Assembly: GCA_949948895.1 (NCBI GenBank) | Contig: CATLHE010000005.1 | Coordinates: forward strand, 2,306-66,305 | DNA length: 64,000 nucleotides | Direction: 5' to 3' | Origin: an uncultured Christensenella sp. | GTDB taxonomy: Bacteria > Bacillota > Clostridia > Christensenellales > Pumilibacteraceae | Shown: one piece after another, positions 11,273 through 21,826 of the stretch | How the letters are laid out: each line of letters starts with the position of its first letter | How positions within the stretch are numbered: position 1 is the stretch's first letter | Translations under genes and position numbers: made by a program | The notes under the pieces: generated by a model | The model's database searches: none | The model's input: only the letters and a program-made list of their open reading frames with translations | Told to the model about the DNA's origin: nothing

Positions 11273-12358
11273 ATGAAAAGAGTTTTTATAACGCTGGTAA
11301 CGGCGTGCGCGTTGATGTGCGCGCTCATAACGGGATTGACTGCTTGCGGTTTGCACGAGCACGATTTTACCGCCGAGAAAGCGCTCGACAAATATAAAGT
11401 GAGCGATGCCGACTGTTTGCACAGAGCCGTGTATTATAAATCGTGCGCCGAATGCGGCGAGAAAGGTACCGAAACGTTTGAATCGGGCGGGTATAAGCAC
11501 GATTTCGGCGGCGGAGTGACTTGCGTTAAGTGCTCTTACCATAAGCCGAGCGATGGCTTGGAATACGTGAGAAATTTGGGCATTACCGGTGTAAAGAGCA
11601 AGGGCGCATGTACGGATACCGATATTTATATCGCAGACACATACGACGGACAGCCCGTGACGGACATTTTTGAATACGCGTTCAGCGGGTGCAGCAGTAT
11701 AACCGACGTGACGATACCCAATAGTGTGACCTCTATTGATCGCTATGCTTTCAACGGTTGCGATTTGATGACGAGTATAGCAATACCCGAAAGCGTGACT
11801 TGGATCGGGTGGAATGCGTTTAGCGGTTGCACGTCGTTGACAGAAATTACGATACCTAGCGGCGTGTGGAATATTCGTGAACAGACTTTCAGCGGTTGCA
11901 CGTCGCTGACTGGCGTAACGTTACCCGATGGCTTGGCGACCATCGAAGCGCGAGCGTTTTCCGGTTGCAGTAGTTTGTCCGACGTGAATATTCCCGACGA
12001 CGTGACTGTTTTGCAATATGCTTTTGCGGACTGCTCCGCGCTTACGAGCATAAAGTTTCCAAACGGAACGACGTACATTGCGGAGGGCACGTTCTCGGGG
12101 TGTGCGGCGCTGACTGACGTAACGATACCTAAAAGCGTTAGGAAGATCGGGAGTGATGCGTTTGCCCATTGCGTGTCGTTGAGTGACGTGATAATACCCG
12201 ACAGCGTAGAGTATATCGGAAGTGAAGCGTTTTTGGATTGCGACGCGCTTACGATATACTGCGAGGCGAAAGAACAGCCGAGCGGTTGGAGCTCCCGGTG
12301 GAACGCTTCCCACTGTCGCGTAGTCTGGGGTTATACCGACGGCGAAGACTCTGACTGA
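11273..12358 (+). CDS. BspA-type leucine-rich-repeat surface lipoprotein
   Basis: Lipobox LTAC; repeated AFSGC.SL..V.IP..V..I units (LRR_5). Confidence 0.9.
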   Translation: MKRVFITLVTACALMCALITGLTACGLHEHDFTAEKALDKYKVSDADCLHRAVYYKSCAECGEKGTETFESGGYKHDFGGGVTCVKCSYHKPSDGLEYVRNLGITGVKSKGACTDTDIYIADTYDGQPVTDIFEYAFSGCSSITDVTIPNSVTSIDRYAFNGCDLMTSIAIPESVTWIGWNAFSGCTSLTEITIPSGVWNIREQTFSGCTSLTGVTLPDGLATIEARAFSGCSSLSDVNIPDDVTVLQYAFADCSALTSIKFPNGTTYIAEGTFSGCAALTDVTIPKSVRKIGSDAFAHCVSLSDVIIPDSVEYIGSEAFLDCDALTIYCEAKEQPSGWSSRWNASHCRVVWGYTDGEDSD

Positions 12359-12404
12359 TTTTATAAGCGGGCGTCGGTATTATTGCGAAAGTGGATAAAA
12401 GAGT

Positions 12405-12530
12405 TTGCATTTATTTAAAAATATGGTACAATTAAATTAAGCGGAGCGGTCGGTAATGAACCGCATTGCTACATAATAACTCAAACAGAACAGCGCACCG
12501 AATTCGGTGCGGCGTTTGTTTTTCTAAGGA
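12405..12530 (+). promoter_or_regulatory. guaA promoter and structured ~100-nt leader
   Basis: TTGCAT-16-TACAAT with TG extension; hairpin GCGGT/ACCGC; CGCACCG-AATT-CGGTGCG followed by a T-rich run just before the SD. Confidence 0.55.
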
Positions 12531-12538
12531 GGACGGTC

Positions 12539-14086
12539 ATGGCACAGCAAACGGTGTTGGTCGTGGATTTCGGCGGACAGTACAATCAGCTCATAGCGAG
12601 GCGCGTGCGCGAAGCCAACGTGTACTGCGAGCTTATTTCGTTCGAGAAAATAAAAGAAGAGATACAAAAGCACAAGCCCATCGGGTTGATATTTACGGGC
12701 GGGCCCGCGTCGTTTAATAGCGAGGGCGCGCCGCGTATCGATGCGGAGGTGTTATCACTCGGCATTCCCACGCTCGGCATTTGCTACGGCTGTCAGCTGA
12801 TTGCGGGCACGCTCGGCGGCAAAGTGGGCGTAGGCGGGAGCGCGGAAGCGTCGCGCGAGTACGGCAAGCGCACGCTAAGTATCGGCAGTAAAAAATCCAA
12901 ACTGTTCGACGGCGTTAAAAAATCGTCGCAGTGCTGGATGAGCCATACCAATTACGTGACGGAACTGCCCGACGGCTTTACCGTCACGGCGACCACGGAG
13001 ACCTGCCCCGCCGCGGCTATCGAGCGCGCGGACAAAAAACTGTACGGCGTGCAGTTCCACCCCGAAGTCATGCACACCGAGGAAGGCTTTAAGATCCTTA
13101 AAAACTTTCTATACGGCGTGTGCGGCGCGAGCGGCGAGTGGACGATGAGCGGGTATGTGGAGCGCACCGTAGCCGAGCTCAAAGCCAAGATAGGCGATAA
13201 AAAAGTATTGTGCGCGCTGTCGGGCGGTGTTGATTCCGCCGTTGCGGCGACGCTAATCCACCGCGCCTGCAAAAACCTGACTTGCATATTCGTCGATCAC
13301 GGGCTTTTGAGAAAGGGCGAGGCAGAAGAAGTGGTGCGCGTGTTCCGCGACGAACAGGGCATGGACCTTATAGCGGTGGACGCGAGCGAGATATTCCTCG
13401 ACAAGCTCAAAGGCGTTACCGAGCCCGAGAAAAAACGCAAGATAATAGGCGAGGAGTTCATTCGCGTGTTCGAGCGCGAAGCGAAAAAGATAGGCGCGGT
13501 CGATTATCTCGTTCAGGGCACGATATATCCCGACGTTATAGAGAGCGGGCTCAATCATTCCGCCAAGATAAAGAGCCACCACAATGTGGGCGGACTGCCC
13601 GACGTGGTCGATTTCAAAGAACTCGTCGAGCCGTTGAGATTGCTTTTCAAGGACGAAGTGCGTCGGCTCGGGTTCGAGCTGGGCTTGCCCGAAGACATAG
13701 TCATGCGTCAGCCGTTCCCGGGACCCGGGCTCGCGATACGCGTGATAGGCGATATCACGAGGTTCAAGCTCGACATACTGCGCGAAGCGGATTATATTTT
13801 CCGCGACGAGATAGCCAAAGCCAAGCTCGACCGCGAGATCTGGCAGTATTTTGCGGTGCTCACCGATATACGCACGGTCGGCGTTATGGGCGACGAGCGC
13901 ACATACGATTATACCGTAGGTATCCGCGCGGTGACCAGCGTGGACGGCATGACCGCCGATTGGGCGAAGATCCCGTTCGACGTGTTGCAAAACATTTCCG
14001 ACCGCATAGTCAACGAGGTCAAGCACGTCAACCGCATCGTGTACGATATAACCAGTAAGCCGCCCGCGACGATCGAATGGGAATAA
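12539..14086 (+). CDS. guaA: GMP synthase (glutamine-hydrolysing)
   Basis: [58 protein letters not shown]. Confidence 0.98.
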   Translation: MAQQTVLVVDFGGQYNQLIARRVREANVYCELISFEKIKEEIQKHKPIGLIFTGGPASFNSEGAPRIDAEVLSLGIPTLGICYGCQLIAGTLGGKVGVGGSAEASREYGKRTLSIGSKKSKLFDGVKKSSQCWMSHTNYVTELPDGFTVTATTETCPAAAIERADKKLYGVQFHPEVMHTEEGFKILKNFLYGVCGASGEWTMSGYVERTVAELKAKIGDKKVLCALSGGVDSAVAATLIHRACKNLTCIFVDHGLLRKGEAEEVVRVFRDEQGMDLIAVDASEIFLDKLKGVTEPEKKRKIIGEEFIRVFEREAKKIGAVDYLVQGTIYPDVIESGLNHSAKIKSHHNVGGLPDVVDFKELVEPLRLLFKDEVRRLGFELGLPEDIVMRQPFPGPGLAIRVIGDITRFKLDILREADYIFRDEIAKAKLDREIWQYFAVLTDIRTVGVMGDERTYDYTVGIRAVTSVDGMTADWAKIPFDVLQNISDRIVNEVKHVNRIVYDITSKPPATIEWE

Positions 14087-14140
14087 ATCTCGGCAGCGTA
14101 TGCATCGAACGTATGCGAACTACGTGCTTGCGCGCACGCA

Positions 14141-14475
14141 GTCATGTAGGTGGTTCTACACTCCTGCGTGCGCGCCGCGCCTGTTGTCCGCCTACGTCGC
14201 GCCTACGCCGCCGAGGCGTGACTTTTGTGGGCGGTGTGTAGCATAAAAATGCGAGTGAATGTGGCTCGGTCGTGTAGGTGGGTCTACACTCCCTTCATCT
14301 CCGCATCGCCTGTTGCCCGTCTGACGCGCGATTGCGCCGCCGAGGCGTGACTTTTGTGGGCGGTGTGTAGCATAAAAACGTGGGTGAAGATGGTTCGTTT
14401 GTGTAGGTGGTTCTACACTCCTGCGTGCGCTCCGCGCCTGTTGTCCGCCTACGTCGCGCCTACGCCGCCGAGGCA
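14141..14475. repeat. Tandem degenerate repeat, ~128-bp period, 2.6 copies (family D)
   Basis: TGTAGGTGG(T/G)TCTACACTCC starts at 14145, 14273 and 14402; shared CCTGTTG.CCG.CT and GCCGCCGAGGC. Confidence 0.85.
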
Positions 14476-14539
14476 CAATATGTGCCGCCGAGGTTTTCGG
14501 GTTTCGGCAAAGGATTTAAGTTGTACAAAATTATGGTTT

Positions 14540-14822
14540 ACTGTCATTCCGAGGCATAGCCGAGGAATCTTTGGCGTAGCAGCAAGGTTGTCTTGCCGAA
14601 CAAACGTAATCATGACTCGCTCTCTTTGGGTGCAACTTAAAACAAATTGTCCACGACTATACACGACAAAAATCCAAGCGGTGCTTGGTGCGGGCTTACG
14701 CCCTGGATTCTTCGCTTGCGCTCAGAATGACAAGAAAGAAATATGTGCCGCTATTGGTTGGGCGTAACGCTAAATCGGCAATAAAGCACACACACGACAG
14801 AAATCCAAGCTGTGCTTGGGGT
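14540..14822. repeat. Intergenic REP-like cluster (families A and B)
   Basis: TGTCATTCCGAGGCATAGCCGAGGAATCT; two CACGACA-n5-CCAAGC.GTGCTTGG units. Confidence 0.75.
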
Positions 14823-14835
14823 TTGAGGATCTTAC

Positions 14836-15165
14836 ATGCAAAACAAGGAACTTAAAGCGAAAGTATTTCCGCGGATATGGGCGAAAACGCTCAAAGGCGA
14901 CAAGATAACGCGGAACTATATGTACACGCTCGACGGACCGTTCGAGGAATCGCGGCTGTTCGAGTACGTGTGCGCAATCACGCACGCCATGGACATTCCC
15001 ACGCCGATAATCCTTCAGAGCCATACCTATAACTTTGTGCATTTTAACATTGCCAAGTTCCTCGCGAGCGAGTTTATCGACGAAGTGGATTTTGACTTTT
15101 TCACGCTCGAAAACACCACGGGCACGATCAAACCGATCCCGAGATATTTCAGGGAGGATATGTAA
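14836..15165 (+). CDS. Small conserved hypothetical protein (Clostridia type)
   Basis: SD GAGG; host-like codons; PRIWAK...DIPTPI..F..F...FIDEVDFDFF; stop overlaps the aconitase ATG. Confidence 0.65.
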   Translation: MQNKELKAKVFPRIWAKTLKGDKITRNYMYTLDGPFEESRLFEYVCAITHAMDIPTPIILQSHTYNFVHFNIAKFLASEFIDEVDFDFFTLENTTGTIKPIPRYFREDM

Positions 15166-17084
15166 TGCCGCAAACTCTTACTTACAAACTGTTAAAAGAC
15201 CATCTCATTTCGGGCGAGCTCGTTTCGGGCGCGCCTATTTCCGTTAAGATCGATCAAACGCTTACGCAGGATTCGACGGGCACCATGTGCTATCTTCAGC
15301 TCGAGGCGCTCGGCGTGGACAAAGTCAAGACCGAGCGTTCTGTAGCGTATATCGATCACAATATTCTCCAATCGGGGTTCGAAAACGCCGACGACCACGC
15401 GTACATCCAATCGGTGGCGTTAAAGCACGGCGTGTTTGTGTCTAAGCCCGGCAACGGTATTTGCCATCAAGTGCATTTGGAGCGGTTCGGCGCGCCGGGC
15501 AAAACGCTCGTCGGCTCGGACTCGCACACGCCCACGGGCGGCGGTATCGGCATGTTCGCGCTCGGCGCGGGCGGGCTTGACGTGGCGCTCGCCATGGCGA
15601 CGGGCAAGCTCGATCTTACCTGTCCCGCGGTGGTGAACGTAGTGCTCAAAGGCAAGCTCAGACCCAACGTTACCGCCAAGGACGTCATCTTGGAGGTTTT
15701 GCGCCTGTTGTCCGTCAAGGGCGGCGTGGGCAAGGTCATGGAATACACGGGCGACGGCGTGGCAACGCTCTCGGTGCCCGAACGCGCGACCATTACCAAT
15801 ATGGGCGCGGAACTCGGCGCGACGACTTCGGTTTTCCCGTCGGACGAGCGAACGAGAGAATTTCTTATCGCGCAGGGCAGGGCGGATGCGTATATACCGC
15901 TTAGCGCCGACGCCGGCGCCGAGTACAACGAGCGCGTCGAGATCGATCTGTCCAAACTGCGCCCGCTCATAGCCAAGCCGCACATGCCCGACAACGTGGA
16001 TACGGTAAAAAAACTCGCGGGGCTCAAGATAGACCAAGTGTGTATCGGTTCGTGTACCGATTCGTCGCTACTCACCATGCTCAAAGTCGCGGCGCTATTA
16101 AAGGGCAAGCGCGTGCACCCGAACGTGTCGCTTACGGTCAACCCCGGCTCTCGGCAGGTTTTGACCATGCTTGCCGATCGCGGCGCGCTAAAGGACATAC
16201 TCGACAGCGGCGCGCGCGTATTGGAGTGCGCGTGCGGTCCGTGCATAGGCATGGGGCAAAGCCCCAAGACCGACGCGGTCAGTCTCCGAACGTTCAACCG
16301 CAACTTCTACGCGCGGAGCGGAACGAAAAGCGCGAGCGTGTACTTGGTTTCGCCGCTTACCGCCGCGGTAAGCGCGATAGCGGGCGTGCTCGCCGAACCG
16401 ACCGAAGCGGACTGTAAAGCGCTTGCGGGCATTACGCTTCCCGAACGCTTCGATATAAACGACAACCTCATACTCGATCCGTCCGACTTTAAGGGCATAG
16501 CGGTCGAGCGCGGACCCAATATCAAGCCCTTCCCCATAGGCAAGGCGCTTGACGGCGATATAGTATTGCCCGTCACGATAAAGACTGGCGACAATATAAC
16601 GACGGACGACATCATGCCGAGCAACGCCAAGCTTCTGCCGTACCGATCGAATATTCCGTATCTTGCGGAGTTCTGCCTTTCGACGGTGGACGCGGAGTTC
16701 GCAAAACGCACGCGAGCGGCGGGCGGCGGCATAATAGTCGGCGGCGAGAATTACGGTCAGGGCAGCAGCAGGGAACACGCGGCGCTCGCGCCGCTCGAGC
16801 TGGGCGTACGCGCGGTGATAGCCAAGAGTTTTGCGCGCATGCACCGCGACAATCTTATCAATTCGGGCATACTCCCGCTCGTGTTCGGGAGCGGCGCGGA
16901 CTACGAAAAGCTCAACGCGGGCGACGTGCTCGATATCGTCGATCCGATTTCGGCGGTCGATAGCGGCGTGGCAACGATAAAGAACGAGACGCAGGGCTTT
17001 ACGTTTACCGCCGAGCTCCCGCTCAACGCTAGGCAAAAAGCGATACTGCTCGCGGGCGGCACGATCAACTCGTTGCGCAAGTAG
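15165..17084 (+). CDS. Aconitate hydratase (short clostridial type)
   Basis: DQTLTQDSTG, GSDSHTP, IGSCT, CGPCIGMG, DNITTDDI, NYGQGSSREHAA. Confidence 0.9.
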   Translation: MPQTLTYKLLKDHLISGELVSGAPISVKIDQTLTQDSTGTMCYLQLEALGVDKVKTERSVAYIDHNILQSGFENADDHAYIQSVALKHGVFVSKPGNGICHQVHLERFGAPGKTLVGSDSHTPTGGGIGMFALGAGGLDVALAMATGKLDLTCPAVVNVVLKGKLRPNVTAKDVILEVLRLLSVKGGVGKVMEYTGDGVATLSVPERATITNMGAELGATTSVFPSDERTREFLIAQGRADAYIPLSADAGAEYNERVEIDLSKLRPLIAKPHMPDNVDTVKKLAGLKIDQVCIGSCTDSSLLTMLKVAALLKGKRVHPNVSLTVNPGSRQVLTMLADRGALKDILDSGARVLECACGPCIGMGQSPKTDAVSLRTFNRNFYARSGTKSASVYLVSPLTAAVSAIAGVLAEPTEADCKALAGITLPERFDINDNLILDPSDFKGIAVERGPNIKPFPIGKALDGDIVLPVTIKTGDNITTDDIMPSNAKLLPYRSNIPYLAEFCLSTVDAEFAKRTRAAGGGIIVGGENYGQGSSREHAALAPLELGVRAVIAKSFARMHRDNLINSGILPLVFGSGADYEKLNAGDVLDIVDPISAVDSGVATIKNETQGFTFTAELPLNARQKAILLAGGTINSLRK

Positions 17085-17127
17085 ACTTTTATACTATCAA
17101 CTCATATATTAAGACGGTAGGTGTGTT

Positions 17128-17616
17128 ATGGACAAACTCGAACGTGACGTATTGGCTCTTATCAAGCAGGATTGCAGAATGAGCCACGCCAAAATAGCCA
17201 AAGCGGTCGGCAGTGACGAGAAGTCGGTGGCGGCGGCGGTCGCGCGGCTTGAAAGCAGCGGGATAATACTCGGGTATACCGCGCTCACCGACGACGGCGC
17301 GGCTAACCCCGATTTTGTGGAAGCATTGATCGAGGTGCGCGTCAATCCCATGTACGGCAGGGGGTTCGACGCAATCGCCGAGGATATTTACAAGTTCGAT
17401 CAGGTAAAGAGCTTGTATCTCATGAGCGGCGGCTATGACCTCGCCGTATTTATCGAGGGGCGAAACCTCAGAGAAGTCGCGGCGTTTGTCAGCGAGAAAC
17501 TGTCCGTTATGGACAAGGTGCTCTCGACGGCGACGCACTTCATACTCAAAAAGTACAAGATAGGCGGCGAGATGACCGTGCCGTCCGAGAATAAGCGTCA
17601 GCCGGTCACGCCGTGA
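17128..17616 (+). CDS. Lrp/AsnC family transcriptional regulator
   Basis: N-terminal HTH and LMSGGYDL, ATHFILKKYK; 4-nt overlap with the downstream aminotransferase. Confidence 0.92.
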   Translation: MDKLERDVLALIKQDCRMSHAKIAKAVGSDEKSVAAAVARLESSGIILGYTALTDDGAANPDFVEALIEVRVNPMYGRGFDAIAEDIYKFDQVKSLYLMSGGYDLAVFIEGRNLREVAAFVSEKLSVMDKVLSTATHFILKKYKIGGEMTVPSENKRQPVTP

Positions 17617-18788
17617 ATTATGACGATTTTATAAACCGCACGGTCGCGGACATCCCGCCGAGCGGAATACGCAAATTTTTCGATCTCGTGTCCACAATGG
17701 ACGACGCGATCTCTTTGGGCGTGGGCGAGCCCGATTTCGTCACGCCCTGGCTTTACCGCGACGCGGCGGTCAAGTCGGTCATTTCGGGCAGGACGGGATA
17801 CACCGCCAACCGCGGCGACGCCAAGCTTATTGTCGAGATAGCAAAGTATAACCGCGACAGGTTCGGGCTGGACTATGCAGAGAACGAGACGATAGTCACC
17901 GTCGGCGCGTCCGAGGGTATCGATCTTGCGCTCAGAACGCTCGTGTCGCCGGGCGACGGCGTGCTCGTTCCCGATCCGTCGTACGTGAGCTATATGCCAA
18001 ACGTGAGGATAGCGGGCGGCGTTGTCAAGCCCGTGCGCACGGATATATCGCACAAGTTCAAACTGACGCCCGAGGCACTCGACGAAGCGGCGGACAAAAC
18101 GTGCAAGATCCTCATACTGCCGTACCCCAACAATCCGACGGGCGCGGTGCTCGACAAGTCGGAGCTGGAGGCGCTTGTTCCCGTCATTAAAAAACACGAT
18201 CTTTTCGTCATATCGGACGAGATATACGCGGAACTCACGTACGGCGCGCGGCACGTGTCCGTTGCGAGCCTCGACGGAATGAAAGAGCGCACGGTAACGC
18301 TCAACGGGTTCAGTAAGGCGTTTGCCATGACGGGCTGGCGCATCGGGTGGTTTTGCGCGCCCAAGCCCGTTTGCGACGCGGCGCTCAAAGTGCATCAGTA
18401 CACTATCATGTGCGCGCCGACGGCGAGTCAGGAAGCGGCGTACGCCGCGCTCGTGGACGGACGCGAGACCGAGTACGAACAAGTCGAATACATGCGCGAC
18501 GAGTACGACAGGCGACGGAGATTTTCGGTCGCCATGCTCACCGATATGGGACTGGACTGTTTCATGCCGGGCGGCGCGTTCTATTGCTTTCCCGATATAA
18601 AAAAGGTATGCGGCAGCGGCGACGAGTTCGCCGAAAGACTGCTGCTCGCGCAAAAGGTCGCGGTCGTTCCGGGCTCGGCGTTCGGCGGCGGCGGTATGAC
18701 TAATGTGCGCTGTACGTATGCGTCGTCGATCAAATCGCTCGACGCGGCGTTTACGAGAATGAAAAAGTTTATAGAAGATAATAAGTAA
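17613..18788 (+). CDS. PLP-dependent aminotransferase class I/II
   Basis: SLGVGEPDF, YPNNPTG, SDEIYAEL, GFSKAFAMTGWRIG. Confidence 0.93.
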   Translation: MNYDDFINRTVADIPPSGIRKFFDLVSTMDDAISLGVGEPDFVTPWLYRDAAVKSVISGRTGYTANRGDAKLIVEIAKYNRDRFGLDYAENETIVTVGASEGIDLALRTLVSPGDGVLVPDPSYVSYMPNVRIAGGVVKPVRTDISHKFKLTPEALDEAADKTCKILILPYPNNPTGAVLDKSELEALVPVIKKHDLFVISDEIYAELTYGARHVSVASLDGMKERTVTLNGFSKAFAMTGWRIGWFCAPKPVCDAALKVHQYTIMCAPTASQEAAYAALVDGRETEYEQVEYMRDEYDRRRRFSVAMLTDMGLDCFMPGGAFYCFPDIKKVCGSGDEFAERLLLAQKVAVVPGSAFGGGGMTNVRCTYASSIKSLDAAFTRMKKFIEDNK

Positions 18789-18794
18789 AACAAG

Positions 18795-19796
18795 CCCCAA
18801 CCAAATGTTGGACCAAACACAGTTTGGATTTTGTCATGTGCCAACCAAATGTTGGACGACTGTCGTGTGTTTGCTTGTGTGACGGTTTTGCGTGACACCC
18901 GAAAAATTGCGGGGCGTGGTGATTGGTGATGTTTGTTTTGTGTGTCAATCCTGCGGCGGTTCGCCTAGATTCTTCACTGCGTTCAGAATGACAGGAACCC
19001 GAGTGCAACGCATTGAACAAATACAGACTTTAAGTCGAATATCCCGCTATCGATACCTGTCATCCTGAGGCGAAGCCGAAGGATCTAGGGCGTAAGCCCG
19101 CAAGCCTTACGCTTGGCGACTGTCGTGTGTGGGCGCGAATGTGATTTGAAGTTGCGCCCGAATAAGTGCGGGCATGAAGTGGGGTATCGTTTGTTTGGCG
19201 TGACAACCATGCGGCGGTTCGCCTGGATTCCTCGCAGGCTCGGAATGACAAGCCAAAGGCTTGGCGCCAAGCACAGCTTGGATGTTTGTCGTGTGTGGGC
19301 GTGGTCGGGGAAATGGCGGCGCACCCGAATAATAACGAAGCGGCAAATCGTAGTGTAACCCAATCGTAGGGCGGTCAGACCCCGCGAGGGATTAAGCGAC
19401 AGCACAGTGCGCTGTCGCGCCCGAGCGCTCTTGCAAGCTGGGCTTGCAAGACACCGCTTTTAGCGGTTCGCCCGCCGTTGTTTTTCGTTATGTAATTATT
19501 CGGGTGTAAACATAAATTATAACCGATGCAAACACACGACAATCGTCCAACATTTGGTTGGCGGAGCGCAGTGGTCTGCGCTCCCTACGGACGCATGTCA
19601 ATATGTGCCGCCATTATTCGGGTGTAACATAATATATATATCAAACGTAAAAACACGACAAATATCCAATCTGTGATTGGCGGCGTGCCGAGGTCGTCAC
19701 GCCCTACGAATGGGTGGCAATAAGCACTGCTCTTATTCGGGTGAAACCATTGACAAATCATATACGTAAACACACGACAAAATCAATCTGTGATTG
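18795..19796. repeat. Large (~1 kb) composite REP-like cluster (families A, B, C)
   Basis: Many CACGACA/TGTCGTG + CCAA hairpin units, three TGTCAT..GA..GA..AT stems, three GTAG-tagged palindromes. Confidence 0.85.
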
Positions 19797-19858
19797 TTGA
19801 CAAATGTATGATCGGAGTGGTATAATAGTCATACAAATACATATAGGAGCCAATCATC

Positions 19859-21613
19859 ATGAAACGGAAATTCTCTGTACTGATAGCGCTTATACTCGCG
19901 CTGGTCATGAGCTTTGCGCTTATAGCGTGCGGCAACGGCAACGGCGACCCGAACACCCCGAGCAAGCCCGAGCGTCAGCCGTTCACTATGCAAAAAGCGG
20001 CGGACGCAATCAACGCGCTCGCCGGTGCGGAAGCGGTAAAAGGCACGGTCAAAGTGCGCACGGGCGACGCGTCGGCAAAAACGTCGACCGCAATGCCGTT
20101 TGAAAAACGCCAAAACCGCGTGCGCATAACTCTTCCCGCGATAAGCGGTATGGAAGCACTCGCAGGCACGGAAATGCTGTTCGATCTCGACAGCGGCAAC
20201 ACGTACATGCCCATCTCGGAAAAGAGCGACGAGTACATTTATCTCATGCAGATCACACCGCAGGGCTATTTCGATTACATAGAGAACGCGTCGGGACTGA
20301 ACGACGTCGAGATCGAAGCCTCGGCGGACGCATTGGAAAACATGTTCCAATACGACTACGACGCCAACAGAATGACGCTTGAGCTTGACGCCGCGCAAAT
20401 GGTAAACGCGCTCATAGCGCCCATGCAGGAAGTGTATGCCGACGGCGGCTCGGTCGAAGACCTTATCGATGCGTATCTCGCGATGATAATGCCCGACGGC
20501 ACGCTCACGCTCTCTTCGATACTCGACACCGCAGAAAGCCTTATCGCCATGCTCCAGACCGAAGAAGTCACGTTTGACGATGCGGTGACTGCGATCGACG
20601 CGATACTTCAGGGCTCGGGTGTGGAAGCGTCGCTGCGCGAGATCATCGCGGCGTCCGAGTTCGCGGCGGACTACGAACAAATAAAAGACAGAAAGATCGC
20701 CGACGCGATACAGGGTCTTCTCGATCTCATAGCCGAGTACGCACAGACCGTTACGGACGACGCCGAGCAAACCCCTGACGGCACGATCTCGATAGTAGAG
20801 CAGCTCTACTATTACATGTTTGAAAAAGAAGTGGACACGACAAACCTCATGACGGAGATAGAGCAGTATAAAAACCTCATACTCTCGCTTGCGCGTTCGA
20901 CGGGTTTTGACGAACTCATCAACAGGATCGACGACACCGACGACGAGTTTGCCGCAACGTTTAAAACACTGGTCGCGAAATCCGTAAAGTTCGACGCCAT
21001 AAAAGCAAACGTGTCTATCGCATTCGACGACAGGTACAATATAAAATCGCTCGCGCTCGATGCCGATATCCGCTATTCCGCAGAGAACGGCGCGACGCTC
21101 CCGTTGCTTCCCAACGCCGTATCGTTCGGCGTAGAGCTCGACGTTACGTGGTACTCGGCAACGACCAAACCGTTTAATATCGAATACATGCAAGGCATAA
21201 CCGCCGAGCTGTTGCCCGATTTAGCCATGGCAGTAGTGTGCGGCGAGGACGCTTCGGCAAGATACGCAGTGACATATGAGACCTGCGGCGCGACGGTCTC
21301 GTTCGGCGAAATAAACGCATACTATATCGACGAGAGCGGCGAACAGCCCGTCATTGTAGATATCGAACTCGCTAACGCCGTAGAGTACGACTCGGCAACG
21401 CGCTCGTTCGTGTTCGATCCCGAAGCTATCGAGTACGTGCAGACCGCGCTCGGCACGACTACCGTGACCGTGTACGCAGGCACAGAGGTCTCGTGCATGG
21501 GAACCGCGCCCGTGACCGTTGCGCTCACGTATTGCTCCTCGTACTCGACGGACGAGATAGCAAACATCCCGCTCCCCATACTAAGTATGATCCAAATGAA
21601 CGGCACGATATAG
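19859..21613 (+). CDS. Uncharacterised acidic lipoprotein
   Basis: Lipobox LIAC; SD GGAG; promoter TTGACA-18-TATAAT at 19797-19826; no recognisable catalytic motif. Confidence 0.7.
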   Translation: MKRKFSVLIALILALVMSFALIACGNGNGDPNTPSKPERQPFTMQKAADAINALAGAEAVKGTVKVRTGDASAKTSTAMPFEKRQNRVRITLPAISGMEALAGTEMLFDLDSGNTYMPISEKSDEYIYLMQITPQGYFDYIENASGLNDVEIEASADALENMFQYDYDANRMTLELDAAQMVNALIAPMQEVYADGGSVEDLIDAYLAMIMPDGTLTLSSILDTAESLIAMLQTEEVTFDDAVTAIDAILQGSGVEASLREIIAASEFAADYEQIKDRKIADAIQGLLDLIAEYAQTVTDDAEQTPDGTISIVEQLYYYMFEKEVDTTNLMTEIEQYKNLILSLARSTGFDELINRIDDTDDEFAATFKTLVAKSVKFDAIKANVSIAFDDRYNIKSLALDADIRYSAENGATLPLLPNAVSFGVELDVTWYSATTKPFNIEYMQGITAELLPDLAMAVVCGEDASARYAVTYETCGATVSFGEINAYYIDESGEQPVIVDIELANAVEYDSATRSFVFDPEAIEYVQTALGTTTVTVYAGTEVSCMGTAPVTVALTYCSSYSTDEIANIPLPILSMIQMNGTI

Positions 21614-21768
21614 TCCGACAAATATTCGATAACCCGGCGGCATGCTTGCCGCCGTAAAACAAAACCATAACGACGATCCATCGCTTGAAACGCTCCGTTC
21701 GGGAGCAGATACGGCGGGGGATCGTCGTTTTTATAGTCGAATATCCCGCATATTTTTCCGTAAAAGTA

Positions 21769-21797
21769 TTGACATGCAAGGTCGGCGGTGGTATACT
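21769..21797 (+). promoter_or_regulatory. sigmaA-type promoter of the amylase locus
   Basis: TTGACA-17-TATACT. Confidence 0.7.
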
Positions 21798-21826
21798 AGT
21801 CAAACCGAATAATTTAATCGGAGGCA

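Noticed and set aside
12439-12538. Canonical purine riboswitch or PyrR site before guaA
   Set aside because: Lacks the AATATGG / TTTCTACC / CCGTAAA core and the ARUCC..GAGG motif
14141-14475. CRISPR array
   Set aside because: The conserved part is about 100 bp and the ~24-bp between-unit segments resemble each other; there are under three units and no cas genes. It is a degenerate tandem repeat.
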